Virus record (IMG/VR): IMGVR_UViG_3300009528_000013
Coordinates: 32,001 to 96,000 of that record
Reading direction: 5' to 3' (one strand)
Length of the DNA: 64,000 bases
Origin: a virus
In this document: positions 37,401-47,500 of the stretch, one piece after another
Layout: every line of letters begins with the position of its first letter
How positions within the stretch are numbered: the stretch's first letter is position 1
The notes under the pieces: generated by a model
What the model saw: only the letters and a program-made list of their open reading frames with translations
Database searches by the model: none
Told to the model about the DNA's origin: nothing
Made by a program: the position numbers and the translations under genes

Positions 37401-38992
37401 AGCTTACCGTACAAAACGAAATTGAACGTTCTGAAATTGAAGCACATTGGGCGAAGAAAAGAGCAGATCTCCGAGCGAAAAATACCGTCGAAAATTACCG
37501 TCAGACTGTCACAGCGTGGCAAAACATTGCGAAAAGAATCGGTGACATTCATCGGAAGCATCTGGATAATATCGAAAAACAGCGCGCGGTGAGTACTGAA
37601 AAAGAGATTACCGATGCGGACGAAAGGAAAAAAGTTCTTGAGAAGTTAGACGAGGATGAGGTTGTAAGCACGATCTGGCGCGATGTGGCGCTCTATAAGG
37701 CAAGGTTTAAGGAAGCTGAGGCCTATTTCAAGTATCTGCTTAGAGTCAAGCAGCACGTAGTCAAGGCACTTACGGAAGATGACCAGGAGATGGCCGATTC
37801 GAGCAGTCGTGCCTGGATAAGTATCATGGCTGGTATGACCGGTGCTTCGGAAGATTACTTGAAACGAATTGGAACATTTTCAGACATGGTAAAAAGGATA
37901 TTCAGTAGGCTCTATCAGGATTTGGAAAATGTGATTTCCTCCTCACTTCAGAAGATGATCGGGTTAGAAGATGAATACAGTCGAGAATCTCTGGAATTGA
38001 TTGCGGAAAGAAACGAAGAGCGGAAACAGAGACTCAGAGATGATCTTGAAGAGGGAAAAATCAATCGTGAACGATATTACCTCGAACTCGATGAAATGGA
38101 TCGGAAGTTTACTGAGGAAGTCGAAAATCGGCGCAGGGGCTTCACAAAAAATATGGGTGAACTGTGGAAGAGCCTACAAAGAACTGCGTTGGCGGAATTT
38201 TCTAAACTGATAGTTGGAATCATTGCAGAGAGCATGAAGAAACTGGCGGTCGAGAAGGGGATCACTAAAGCGGTAGTTTCTGAACAGACGGCACAAGGAG
38301 TCTCTAAGCTCTGGAATTGGTTCACAGGGCTCGGCCCGATTGGAATGGTTATCGGTGCGGGTGTCGTCGCCGGTTTCATTGCAAAAATGACCGGGTTGGT
38401 TAAGTTTGCTAAAGGTGGGGTTGTCAAAAAGCGAACCGCTGCTCTCATTGGTGAGGAAGGCCCGGAAGCCGTGATCCCTTTAGAGAGGAGAAAAGGGAAG
38501 CTCGGAGTTTCGGAGCGCGGGCGAGAGATTCTTCAGCCGCTTCTCGGTCTTTTTGCCAAAGGCGGGATCATCAAGAAAAAAACGGCTGCTCTCATTGGCG
38601 AGGAAGGCCCAGAAGCTGTAATTCCATTGACGCGGAAAGCGGGGAGACTGGGAATTTCGGAACGAGGGCGAGAGATTCTTCAGCCGCTTCTCGGTCTTGA
38701 AGAGACGATTCCATCGCTGCTTCGGTCCGCTGCTCAAACTGAAGGTTTGATTCGATTAAGTCCCGAGGCGACTGCTGCTCTTGGTGCAAGATCAAGACCG
38801 GCTTCTATGAAAACGGAACAGAAGGTAGATATTAGCGTGACTTTTGAAGGCGATACGATTGACTTTACTGGTAGCGTTCCGATGATCAACGACATAACCA
38901 CGATTGACAAAGTTTATGAAGATATTTGGTTGCCTGCGAAGCGGCGCAGGATCGAGCGTTTGAAGGAGACGATTGCGGAGGTAATCGAATGA
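34460..38992 (+). CDS. tail tape measure protein (TP901-like), 1510 aa
   Basis: Ala/Lys-rich helical sequence, G...S.GGTAL.R..RL core, C-terminal FA.GG.V...GE.GPEAVIPL x2. Confidence 0.9.
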   Translation: MPDPQGLEATGIALGTLAITLLARTKAFRDQMAKALNALKKFNAEASKQKAAFAGMAKAVSASVRETTSAVTAGTKQTQSAMSAVSKQYKTSSDQAQASGRKTRTSVQQTASTMDKAGKQMISRGKQQLGAIISFQEGVAKFIKLNVRWFVVWRSFWFLWSKLQDALENINVLMHETSLALRTGADALSNEVELLVKRNALTREAIRFTAQHTKSLRDYIKSFYYLTTAGLAWNVAQETIDTTMETAIALDEDAIQTTRTLTSLYNVFGKTLTTARTPVAKMQKISAILTATFRQQDIEMADYNKAMTYVGALSKTAGVSLEVLVASLGVLGTHFVKSSKGGTALARTFARLLRYPERLAKVTGFAFDPSRPLQFEQAVRLIGQELRKSSSDTDEFAVSTQKAAEMIDLLGLRGIRVITLAENFEKLAEQIRINREATYDLVESMVALVESDPSAQLKILGNAVSMNITAMVRGAIQTQTFSGQLASLNKVLLRAIDLSEDLGRAVGMLLGSIEKIPVALIAWRLSSGKAIAPTSALGKWVDRLGLSLLLVGRAFTRTKVNQRVIGLGAAMKGIVGNFTKFVPAIGRVLGRLGKFAGWFGIAIGAMGAFGVAWDAITGKFTKKSMQFAFEEVAIQKGLLSKIASFLSLRNLSYRIANYKLMKMWEKRRDAYAKELDKEELTETEHAQRMQEYMIRTWSIWLGVEETQLRKRMGLITEADEELMGERVRIEGETLQELRKLQQSGLENQLYALDQRIMVMKAKEADASLIETYFTTKREAIFSKALKGLSEKYRKAWDAMRQTQKTSLDRQLEDSRAAGSELEKIYALNLLIRARMQYEAGTAEADIISDAMKALENETLEGMNAIEMARIQARHYGLDDLYELLQESADKEKLLQVNKGIALLQIEKKALKELTGLLKEQTNFRHGKLIAGGKKDLVALKQNYEKRKTAAAEEVAEITESREASQSAQTAATKAHQKALTKLTVQNEIERSEIEAHWAKKRADLRAKNTVENYRQTVTAWQNIAKRIGDIHRKHLDNIEKQRAVSTEKEITDADERKKVLEKLDEDEVVSTIWRDVALYKARFKEAEAYFKYLLRVKQHVVKALTEDDQEMADSSSRAWISIMAGMTGASEDYLKRIGTFSDMVKRIFSRLYQDLENVISSSLQKMIGLEDEYSRESLELIAERNEERKQRLRDDLEEGKINRERYYLELDEMDRKFTEEVENRRRGFTKNMGELWKSLQRTALAEFSKLIVGIIAESMKKLAVEKGITKAVVSEQTAQGVSKLWNWFTGLGPIGMVIGAGVVAGFIAKMTGLVKFAKGGVVKKRTAALIGEEGPEAVIPLERRKGKLGVSERGREILQPLLGLFAKGGIIKKKTAALIGEEGPEAVIPLTRKAGRLGISERGREILQPLLGLEETIPSLLRSAAQTEGLIRLSPEATAALGARSRPASMKTEQKVDISVTFEGDTIDFTGSVPMINDITTIDKVYEDIWLPAKRRRIERLKETIAEVIE

Positions 38993-41301
38993 AGATCGGT
39001 GGAGCGGATGCTGAGATAGCTTGGGTAGACTTTGGACCAAGTCCGAATTCGGCGGACAGTCTGGATGATACGGAGATCGAAGGGGGTTGGTATCTTGAGC
39101 AAACTGATGGGGGTACTTATGTAAGTGCAGGGTACCACGTCTCTCGTTGTGTTTGCTCGAAAATTATCGTACCCCTCGATTCAGTGATTAAGAAAATAAG
39201 TCTTTTGATTTCATTAGTTGATGACCCTGATTTGATTTTCGCAAAACTTTGGCTGGATGAGAGTGGGGTACCAGCAGATACTGTAGATCCAGCTTGGACG
39301 TCACCCGGTCCTCCACTCTATGGCCCCTTTCCGAAAGCTTGGTACACTTGGGATTTAGATTTCGCTGTAACTACGGGTCCGATTTGGGTTGGGGCTTTAT
39401 ACCGAAGTAACACAGGGGGTAACACGGCGAAGATCTATATGAAAGGATCTGGAGGAACGGGTACTTGGCAGGCGATCTATGGAGGATCGTGGTCATTCTA
39501 TTCTGGTAGTGAACTAGCCTACAAAGTTCAAACCGATCCTCCGACCCAACTTCAAATCGAACTTGCCGGAACGCCCGGTGATTATGTTGAAACTGGAAAA
39601 TTTACCAGCGGAGCGGTCGATTTAGGAGACGAGGTTCAGTTGAGTTCTGTGAAATGGACTTCTCAGGAACCAAGTCCGACAGCGATTGATACCGTTCCAC
39701 CTCCACCTAAGACAATTTCTGTTCGAGCTTCCAATGTCGTCCCGACCATTAAAAAAGGAGGCGGGGCTTGGGCGGATAAGGATGTGCCGGATATAGCAGA
39801 TCCCGAGTGGGGAGGAACTGCGACCTATGATTTGCTTGCGACGATTTCGGTTGGCGATGCTCCACGCGGAGTTGCATGCGATGAAGCCGTGGGAAAGACC
39901 TTCGTTGTAAATCGGACTTCTGATACAGTTTCTGTAATCAGCACCGCTTCAAATTCCGTGGTTGCAACTATCGGAGTAGGAACTAATCCCGAAGGAGTTG
40001 CCTGCGATGAAACTGCAGTAAAGGCGTTTGTGGTGAATTCGGGATCGAGTTCTGTATCTGTTATCCATGCGGCTTCGAATACTATTAGTGCCACGATCAG
40101 CGTAGGATCTAATCCTCAAGCTGTTGCCTGCGATGAGACCGCAGGGAAGACCTTTGTGGCCGCCAGTGGAGTTGCACCACTCACAGTTTATCCAACTGGG
40201 GATTCTTGGACTGATACTCTCAATCCAGGGGGCAATTATGGTGGAGATCCGGAATTAGATGTTGCGAATAATACTCATCTGTCGAGGCAGAAAAACGCAT
40301 TTATCCGCTTTCCGGTTGGTGAGGGAATAACATCTGCCGTTCTTCGTATATATGCTAACGGAGTTGGAATTGGATCGCATCTGATTTCCATTGGCCGGGT
40401 TCTGGCAGATTGGGAGGAATATACTATAACTTGGAATAATCAGCCTGCGGTTGCTGGGTACACATCGTTTTGGGTCAATACGGCAGGATGGTACGAGATA
40501 AATTTAACTTCTTTGGCACAGGGATGGAGTGAAGGGACGTATCTGAATTATGGTATTAGACTCTCAACAGGTCCTCCTCTCCAGTACGACCGATGGGCCG
40601 AGTTTGATGCTCGCAACGCAGGGAATCCACCAGAGCTAGTTCTTATGTATTTGCCTAAAGTCTCTGTGATCCATACCGCTTCGAACACGATCAGTGCAAC
40701 AATTTTCGTTGGAACTACTGCTTCGGGAGTTGCATGTGACGAGACAGCGGGAAAGACATTCGTATCGAATTCTGGAGATGATTCTGTGTCGGTGATCCAC
40801 ACACCGTCAAACTCAATCAGCGCTACGATCAGTGTGGGATCTAATCCCCGCGGTGTCGCTTGCGACGAGACCGTAGAGAAAACTTTTGTGGCGAATTATG
40901 ATGACAATACTGTGTCGGTGATTCACACACCGTCAAATACAGTCAGCGCTACGGTCAATGTAGGATCTAATCCTCGCGATGTAGTTTGTGATGAGGGGGT
41001 CGGAAAAACTTTCGTAACCAATAGTGGGAATGATTGTGTTTCAGTAGTTGATAGTTCGAGTAATCTTGTTGTTGGAACGATCAGTATCGGCGACGGTCCT
41101 TATGGTATTGATTGCGATGAATCGGCCGGAAAGATATTTGCAGCAAACAACGGAGACGATTCAGTTTCAGTTATTTCAGATGTTGAGGAAATCAATTATA
41201 CTCTTCCCTTCGCGGAATACGAATCCGGAGGCTACGCAGAAGATAGTGAACGCAAGCGCTACGTTCAATTTCGTGCAACTTTTTGGGGCGATACGACTTG
41301 A
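38989..41301 (+). CDS. tail protein with a 7-repeat YVTN beta-propeller interrupted by a DNRLRE/CBM96-like domain
   Basis: ATI.VG..P.GVACDE..GKTFV.N...VSVI repeats; insert 40171-40656 with D.W...P..NYG, AFIRF, SAVLRIY, W.E..ITWNNQP, P.LVL. Confidence 0.8.
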   Translation: MKIGGADAEIAWVDFGPSPNSADSLDDTEIEGGWYLEQTDGGTYVSAGYHVSRCVCSKIIVPLDSVIKKISLLISLVDDPDLIFAKLWLDESGVPADTVDPAWTSPGPPLYGPFPKAWYTWDLDFAVTTGPIWVGALYRSNTGGNTAKIYMKGSGGTGTWQAIYGGSWSFYSGSELAYKVQTDPPTQLQIELAGTPGDYVETGKFTSGAVDLGDEVQLSSVKWTSQEPSPTAIDTVPPPPKTISVRASNVVPTIKKGGGAWADKDVPDIADPEWGGTATYDLLATISVGDAPRGVACDEAVGKTFVVNRTSDTVSVISTASNSVVATIGVGTNPEGVACDETAVKAFVVNSGSSSVSVIHAASNTISATISVGSNPQAVACDETAGKTFVAASGVAPLTVYPTGDSWTDTLNPGGNYGGDPELDVANNTHLSRQKNAFIRFPVGEGITSAVLRIYANGVGIGSHLISIGRVLADWEEYTITWNNQPAVAGYTSFWVNTAGWYEINLTSLAQGWSEGTYLNYGIRLSTGPPLQYDRWAEFDARNAGNPPELVLMYLPKVSVIHTASNTISATIFVGTTASGVACDETAGKTFVSNSGDDSVSVIHTPSNSISATISVGSNPRGVACDETVEKTFVANYDDNTVSVIHTPSNTVSATVNVGSNPRDVVCDEGVGKTFVTNSGNDCVSVVDSSSNLVVGTISIGDGPYGIDCDESAGKIFAANNGDDSVSVISDVEEINYTLPFAEYESGGYAEDSERKRYVQFRATFWGDTT

Positions 41302-41345
41302 TTTTGAGGATTGAGTTTTCAAATTCTCAAGAAAGGGAGGATCAG

Positions 41346-41834
41346 ATGAGAGACCGAACGGGGTTTAGCGAAGAAGTCGCAACCACAGTTCTTAGGTCGA
41401 GAGATGATGGACAACACGTTGAAGAGTGCTGTGCGTTTCGGGGAAAGGTCGAGCTTGAGATTCGGCGACAGGATGGTCGGGTTGAGAAGATGGTATTCTC
41501 AAATACCATTCAAGCAGCGTTCCTGAACGCTGTCGCAAATGCACTGGGCGGCGGATCGATGGCCGCTGTGGATGCGATGGATTTCTATTACGACGGAGCG
41601 TGGGGTCACGCGCAAGCAACTTCCATCGATGGAGGAGGAGCCGGTACCGAGGCTTGGATACGTTGGAAGGCCACATTGACGGCGACGGGAAGCATTTCAG
41701 TGACGCCGGTTCGTTTGGGAGTTCTCAATGGATCATGGACGACCACCTACAGCGAGGTTGCGATCACGGCTGTAGCGCTCACGTCAGGAGATTCGCTTAT
41801 CGTGAAATGGACGATTACCGCCGCAGTATCGTAG
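41346..41834 (+). CDS. hypothetical virion protein
   Basis: GGGAGG RBS; ends L..GDSL.V.WTIT, typical of small phage tail proteins. Confidence 0.6.
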   Translation: MRDRTGFSEEVATTVLRSRDDGQHVEECCAFRGKVELEIRRQDGRVEKMVFSNTIQAAFLNAVANALGGGSMAAVDAMDFYYDGAWGHAQATSIDGGGAGTEAWIRWKATLTATGSISVTPVRLGVLNGSWTTTYSEVAITAVALTSGDSLIVKWTITAAVS

Positions 41835-41871
41835 TCCGGCCACGGTATTGTAGTCTGAGGAGATCGAGGAT

Positions 41872-43782
41872 GTGGCTGCACAGACTCCAGAGTTACGATC
41901 ATTCTATTTTCAGGCTCAGCTTGTTGTAGAGATTGAGGAGTCTGTGCAGTTTTCCGAGGAGGTGTATCGACCTCAGTACTTTGAAGAAATCGAAGAATCT
42001 GTACTGCTTTCCGAGGAAATAAATGTACTGTATGCAGGGATTGAAGAGTCAATTATATTCTCGGAGGAGATCGATCTTACCGCAGATAATAGTCGTGATA
42101 TTGATGAGACCATCCTGTTTTCTGAGGAAGTTTCGCTGACAACTGGTTTTACTCCGCGCCTGCTTACTTTTTATTTTCAAGCGAAGTTTGAGATAGCAAT
42201 TGAGGAATCCGTATGGTTTTCTGAGGAAGTAAATCCACTCCTCGCGGCTGTTTCTGAATCGGTTTTCTTTTCCGAAGAGATCATTGCCAACAAAATTCCC
42301 CGTATTGATGAGACTGTCCTGTTTTCTGAGGAAGTCGAAGCAATATGTACAAAGACACCGAGACTGTTATCGTTTTGGTTCTTTGGAACTGAAGCTCTTC
42401 AGATTGAAACGATCTACTTCCCTGAAGATTTAGAAATCTGGACTGATGGAGTTCTCCTGATTTCCGAATCAATCGTATTCGGAGAAGCGGTTGAACGCGA
42501 GCTGCCGAGGGAAATTTTCGAAGAAGTTCTTTTGAGCGAAAGTCTTGAGGTTCAGGTCGTAGGACTGACCATTGAAGAAGAATTTGTTTTTTCCGAAGAC
42601 ATTTTTCCTCCCGAGATTGTTAAAATTATCGAGGAATCGGTTTCTTTTACTGAAGACGTTGTTCATATTCCATCACTTCTTCGAGAAACCATTGAATTTG
42701 AAGAACTTTTAGTTCGTCAAATTATACCTTCCCCGATCGAAGAACAGGTTCTCTTTTCAGAAGAGCTTGAGCTAAGACAAACAATCTCAGAGACAATTGT
42801 TTTCTCTGAGGGAGTTTACCCGAGTCAAGTCGGACCGATCCCCGAATCGGTATATTTACAAGAATCTATAACATTAGATATTGTCCAGTCAACCTCTGAT
42901 CAATTTTATCTTCATGAGGAAGTAAAGCTTCAGATTCTGAGAATTTGCAATGAGCAAATTTTTTTCTCAGAAAGCGTTGAATCAGCGTATGGTATCCAAG
43001 AGTCAATCTTCTTTTCCGAAGAGATTTATCAAAGTCGACTCAGCCTTGATGAAACATTCAATCTTACTGAACAGGTTCAGCGCGGTATTCCTGTAAATCT
43101 TTCAGAATCAATTTACTTTGAAGAAGAGGTTGTTCGGCAGGTTGAAATCAGCGAAGCGATTGTCTTTACGGAAGAACTCTGGAACAATCTCCGATTGATT
43201 GATGAAGAGATTGTCTTTTCTGAAGTTCTCCTAAGAGAAATTCATATTTGGATCGGTCCTCATAAAACCCAAGTTGATCTTTTCGAGGATCTGGTTTTCT
43301 CCGAAGTAACATCTTTCTCTAAAACCGAAGCGATATCCGAGCAGGTTCTTTTTACCGAAGAAGTTGAATCAATTTTCAAGGAGGGGGTTCCCGGGCCTTC
43401 GCCCTTCGCAAGAAAAGCAGTTGCAGCACCGGAGCCACCAGTTGAAGCCGTATCTTATCCTGTTGAGGAAGTACCACCAGTTAAAGCTGTATCTTATCCT
43501 GTTGCGAAAGTACCACCAGTTGTTAAACGAGCGTACCCGAGTGCGGAACCGGTACCCCTTGCAAAGCGGGTACCACCAGCAGTCGCAGTACCACAGCCAG
43601 TTGTTAAACGAGTGTACCCAAGTGCGAAACCGGCACCTCTTCCAAGACGAGTACCGCCAGCAGTTGCTCCGGAAGTTTTCATGGAGGCCCCGCCGCCACC
43701 GAAGGTACAAGTCGAGAGAATGAAAACGAGAACCGTTCGAATGAGAATCACCGACAATGTGTCACGATATAGGGTGAAATAA
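41872..43782 (+). CDS. acidic I.E.(V/I).FSE repeat protein with Pro/Val/Lys-rich tail
   Basis: Translation shows dozens of 11-13 aa repeats. Confidence 0.75.
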   Translation: MAAQTPELRSFYFQAQLVVEIEESVQFSEEVYRPQYFEEIEESVLLSEEINVLYAGIEESIIFSEEIDLTADNSRDIDETILFSEEVSLTTGFTPRLLTFYFQAKFEIAIEESVWFSEEVNPLLAAVSESVFFSEEIIANKIPRIDETVLFSEEVEAICTKTPRLLSFWFFGTEALQIETIYFPEDLEIWTDGVLLISESIVFGEAVERELPREIFEEVLLSESLEVQVVGLTIEEEFVFSEDIFPPEIVKIIEESVSFTEDVVHIPSLLRETIEFEELLVRQIIPSPIEEQVLFSEELELRQTISETIVFSEGVYPSQVGPIPESVYLQESITLDIVQSTSDQFYLHEEVKLQILRICNEQIFFSESVESAYGIQESIFFSEEIYQSRLSLDETFNLTEQVQRGIPVNLSESIYFEEEVVRQVEISEAIVFTEELWNNLRLIDEEIVFSEVLLREIHIWIGPHKTQVDLFEDLVFSEVTSFSKTEAISEQVLFTEEVESIFKEGVPGPSPFARKAVAAPEPPVEAVSYPVEEVPPVKAVSYPVAKVPPVVKRAYPSAEPVPLAKRVPPAVAVPQPVVKRVYPSAKPAPLPRRVPPAVAPEVFMEAPPPPKVQVERMKTRTVRMRITDNVSRYRVK

Positions 43783-44538
43783 TTGCGACCAGGCGGAACA
43801 GATGCGAGCTATCTCAGTCTTATGCGAAAAGAATCCGGTGTCGAGATTATTTCAGATGTCGAGATTTTGAGGGAAGGCTACTGGCCGATTACGCAGGTCG
43901 ATAGCTCGACTCAATTTCGAGTCGCGGGCGATGCAACCGCGCTATTTGTATCGGGAAATTCAATTCAGTTGTCTACGAAGAAATTTTCCGAGACAGAAGT
44001 CATCTTATCAGTTACCTTTTCGACTTCGGAAACAATTTTCGTTTTGTCGAGCGGATCGGTTTCGGCTTCCGATCTCGGGGCCCGCGTTTCAAGAATTTTT
44101 CTGGTCTCAGATCGTATCTTGAAAGAGTCGATGGGAGATGTTTCGGAGTCTATCGAGGGCTCAACTCTAAATTTGTTCCAGTCTTCGACTTTCAATTGTA
44201 AGTTGGATAATGCGGACAAGTATTTTCTAGACGCAGAATTAAATACCGGGATCCTGTGGAATGGCGCTGAACTTTTGGAATCGACTGCGATAGCCGAAAC
44301 ACAGGTCACTTTCACTAATTGTACTTTGATAGTGAATGTCTTCAAAGGTGGTGTGTTGACCGTTCTGTCGGGAGATGGGAAAAATCGGGAATATCCCATT
44401 CTTTCGAATACCTCCGGAGCGGTTGTGGTCGTTGGAACCCTACTTACCGATGGAGCATCGGTTGGCGATGCTTTTCTCGTAAGTTTGGGAGTCTGGTTCA
44501 ATTTGAAATTCTATGCAGGTTTGAGGGCGGCGGCATGA
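43783..44538 (+). CDS. hypothetical tail protein
   Basis: ORF in the tail operon; STQF.V.GD motif. Confidence 0.6.
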   Translation: MRPGGTDASYLSLMRKESGVEIISDVEILREGYWPITQVDSSTQFRVAGDATALFVSGNSIQLSTKKFSETEVILSVTFSTSETIFVLSSGSVSASDLGARVSRIFLVSDRILKESMGDVSESIEGSTLNLFQSSTFNCKLDNADKYFLDAELNTGILWNGAELLESTAIAETQVTFTNCTLIVNVFKGGVLTVLSGDGKNREYPILSNTSGAVVVVGTLLTDGASVGDAFLVSLGVWFNLKFYAGLRAAA

Positions 44539-47500
44539 GCAAATTCTTGCGATACTCAGGAATCATTCAACCCATTGCGATTCAAGATGCTCTCCGTGAG
44601 AGAACGATCCAGATCGAGAGTTACGACTTCTTGAAGCGGATGGAACAGTTTCCCGCCGCACTGGTCTCTGAGGAGTTCGGTGCTTTTTTCAGAATCCCCG
44701 GTGTCGATCTGAAGGCTTACGTCGAAGGACCGAATAGGCCTGCTACGAGCGTCCGGGAATTCAGCTTCAAATTCCCCTCTACAAAAACGAAGCTCAAATC
44801 CCGCCGAGGATCCAAAGCGGAAGAAGGGGAAGCTGGATCGCGTGGGTTGCCTGAAGTATCAGTGGTGAACATAAGTGCAGATACTACGGATGGAATCAAA
44901 GTCCTGAAATACAGATCGTGGGGTTGGTTTCAGTGGGATCAGGGCCCCTGGGTCCGGAAGGATTTGGGAGATCAATCTACGATTGCAGCCTGGGATGACT
45001 CGACCATCGAATGTTCTTTTGCAGGGTTTACGCAAGACGATAATATCGAAGTTTTTCTGATTATCGGTCAGTCAGTTATCAAGCGTGGTGGAATTGAGAT
45101 CATCTTCGACAGTGGGAATCCTGTCTATCTGGGTGCTCCGTTCACCTTCATCATCCGGGAGGATGTGGGAGGAACGCTCTACGACATCTCGCAGAGTTGT
45201 ATGGTTCAGCAGCAAGAATCCGAAACAGCGCTTGGAGCCTCAACGGATACTCTTTATATCAGTGCTGTTGAGAAGTTTCGGGGGATCACCTTCGAGTTCG
45301 ATGAATTTCTAACCGGAGCAACTCTGACCTTCGAGTACTCTCAGGGATCCTTCGCGGCTTGGGGCGACCTCAGTAGCTATATGACGGACGGAACGAGCGA
45401 TTTTAGTCAGGACGGGACCATAACGATCACTCCACCGTTTAACTGGACCAAGGCCGGACAAAAGGTCGGTGAGGACGGCGGAGATGACATCGTTGTCGAG
45501 AGATTTTGGCTGAAGATCACAGTCTCAGCTTGGGGAAGCGGAACCGCAAAAATCAGATATTTGACGAGACGGTATTTAGCAGTTGGTCAAGACGGAGATG
45601 CGATTGAGATCGGAGTCAATTTCGAGCAAATCGAGGAGACGGATGACGAGAGGGTAACTGAAGACGTAATCATTCGACCGAGTGATTCGGATTCCTCGGT
45701 TTTTGTACCGGCGACTTGGAAAAAAAATCTCCCGGTTGAACTCCTTCTTGGAAGTGGATCCGGGTCAGATCCTTCATCTTCGCTATTGGCCGCCTCGGGC
45801 TTCTCTGCAAGTTGTCGAGAGGTCGAACAACTGAGCTATACGACTTCGAAACCACAATTCTCCATCTGGGGAATTCCTCCTTATCCAGCGTACCCGGGTG
45901 AAGCTCGTTGTCTTTGTGAAGGCGAGGATCTCGGTAGCGCCGGACGTGTGATTTTGATTGGAATCGGGAAAGAGGTCTGGAAAGTTACCGAACACACGGG
46001 ATTTGAATTTGTCTTCAAACTCCGGGATTATTATTCTACGAGCTTGAGTAAGCCATTTGACGTTGAAATTCGGAGAATGGATTACGATGACGCTTACAAT
46101 GCCGTCTTCGGAGTGGCATGGAAGCGATATAACAACACCGAATATCGGCCAGTTACCGATGTCCAGGCTGATGCGAAAAAGGGGAGATGTACCCCGGCGA
46201 TTCTCTTTCGCTACGACTTTGATACCGGTGTTTTGGAACAACAGGTGATTGGAGAGCCCATCGCAGAATGGGAGACCGCGGAGTCTCGTTTCCTCTCCGG
46301 CGAGGTTTTTCATCGTAATGGAACAGGAAATCAGAATGGGTGGCCCTGGTGGGAGATTGGTGGCACTCCTCAGCACGAGACGACGGGAGGAGAAATGATC
46401 GCTGTCCCTGAACCGGGGCACTATTCTTCGATCATGTATCCAATTTTTGTCGGACAAATCAATCGTCACGTCTCCTTGCGCCGAGCGACAAAGTTGATTG
46501 AAACGCACGTTTTATACTGGGGCGATCAGTATGACATCGAGCGTTTTCAGTACGGTGACTTAGTGGCGGGCGAAGATGAATTTGCTCATGGTCGGTTTGC
46601 TCTTACTTCTCCGGGGTTTTATTATCGGGTAGTTTGGACTGGAGCACTTGAAACGTCTACGATTGACGATGTGCACCTCCGTTTCACTTTTGGACAACCG
46701 GGCGTCGTAGTTTGGAGTCCGTATTATCGTAGCTATATCTATCACGATTTTGATTCCAGTCAAACTCTGGGTGAGCAGAATTACATTGCGGAGGCGGACT
46801 ACTCGGCTTCCGCATGGAGTCTTGATCGGTACTTTGATCTGGACACCCAAGATCGACAGATCTGCTGCGGCGCATTGAAAGAGAATTCCGGAACTCCCAC
46901 TGCCCCAGAAATAATCTATGGGTCGATGGTGTGGAATGATACAAATGTCTCCTTCGTACCTCAGAAGTCCGATGCTTATGTGACCCGCCATAATCTGAGA
47001 ACCGGCGCGGGGGCAACCATCTTTCATTCCGCGTCCTCCTCAGTAAGTGGTACGATGTCGGGTCAGGAAGAAACTTGTACTCCGATTGGTCTGGGATATG
47101 ACCCCGATCAGGATGTGATTCATCTGACCTTTTTTGATCGGGACACTCTTCGCTATCACTATGCGGTCTTCGAGGATACTCCGGCCGGCGCAAAGTATTC
47201 GATTCAAACTGGATCCAATTTCAGTTTTGACTGGTATCGTCCAATCAAATGTTTTACCTTCCACGACGGGAAGATGTATGCCGTCTGTACCGATGATCGA
47301 TTTCAGATTGAAGATGCCTTCCTGATCGAAATTACGTGGAGTAGCCCCGACATTACGATCCGAAAAATTGGTGTGCTCCGCTCCGGTGATTACTCAGCCG
47401 AATCTTTGGTCTGGGTTGGAGACATTCTCTATGGGCTCTCGAAGCCCTCTGGGACGATGTGGTCTTACGGAACGAGTTGGGTTCCGAGGGTGCAACTCGC

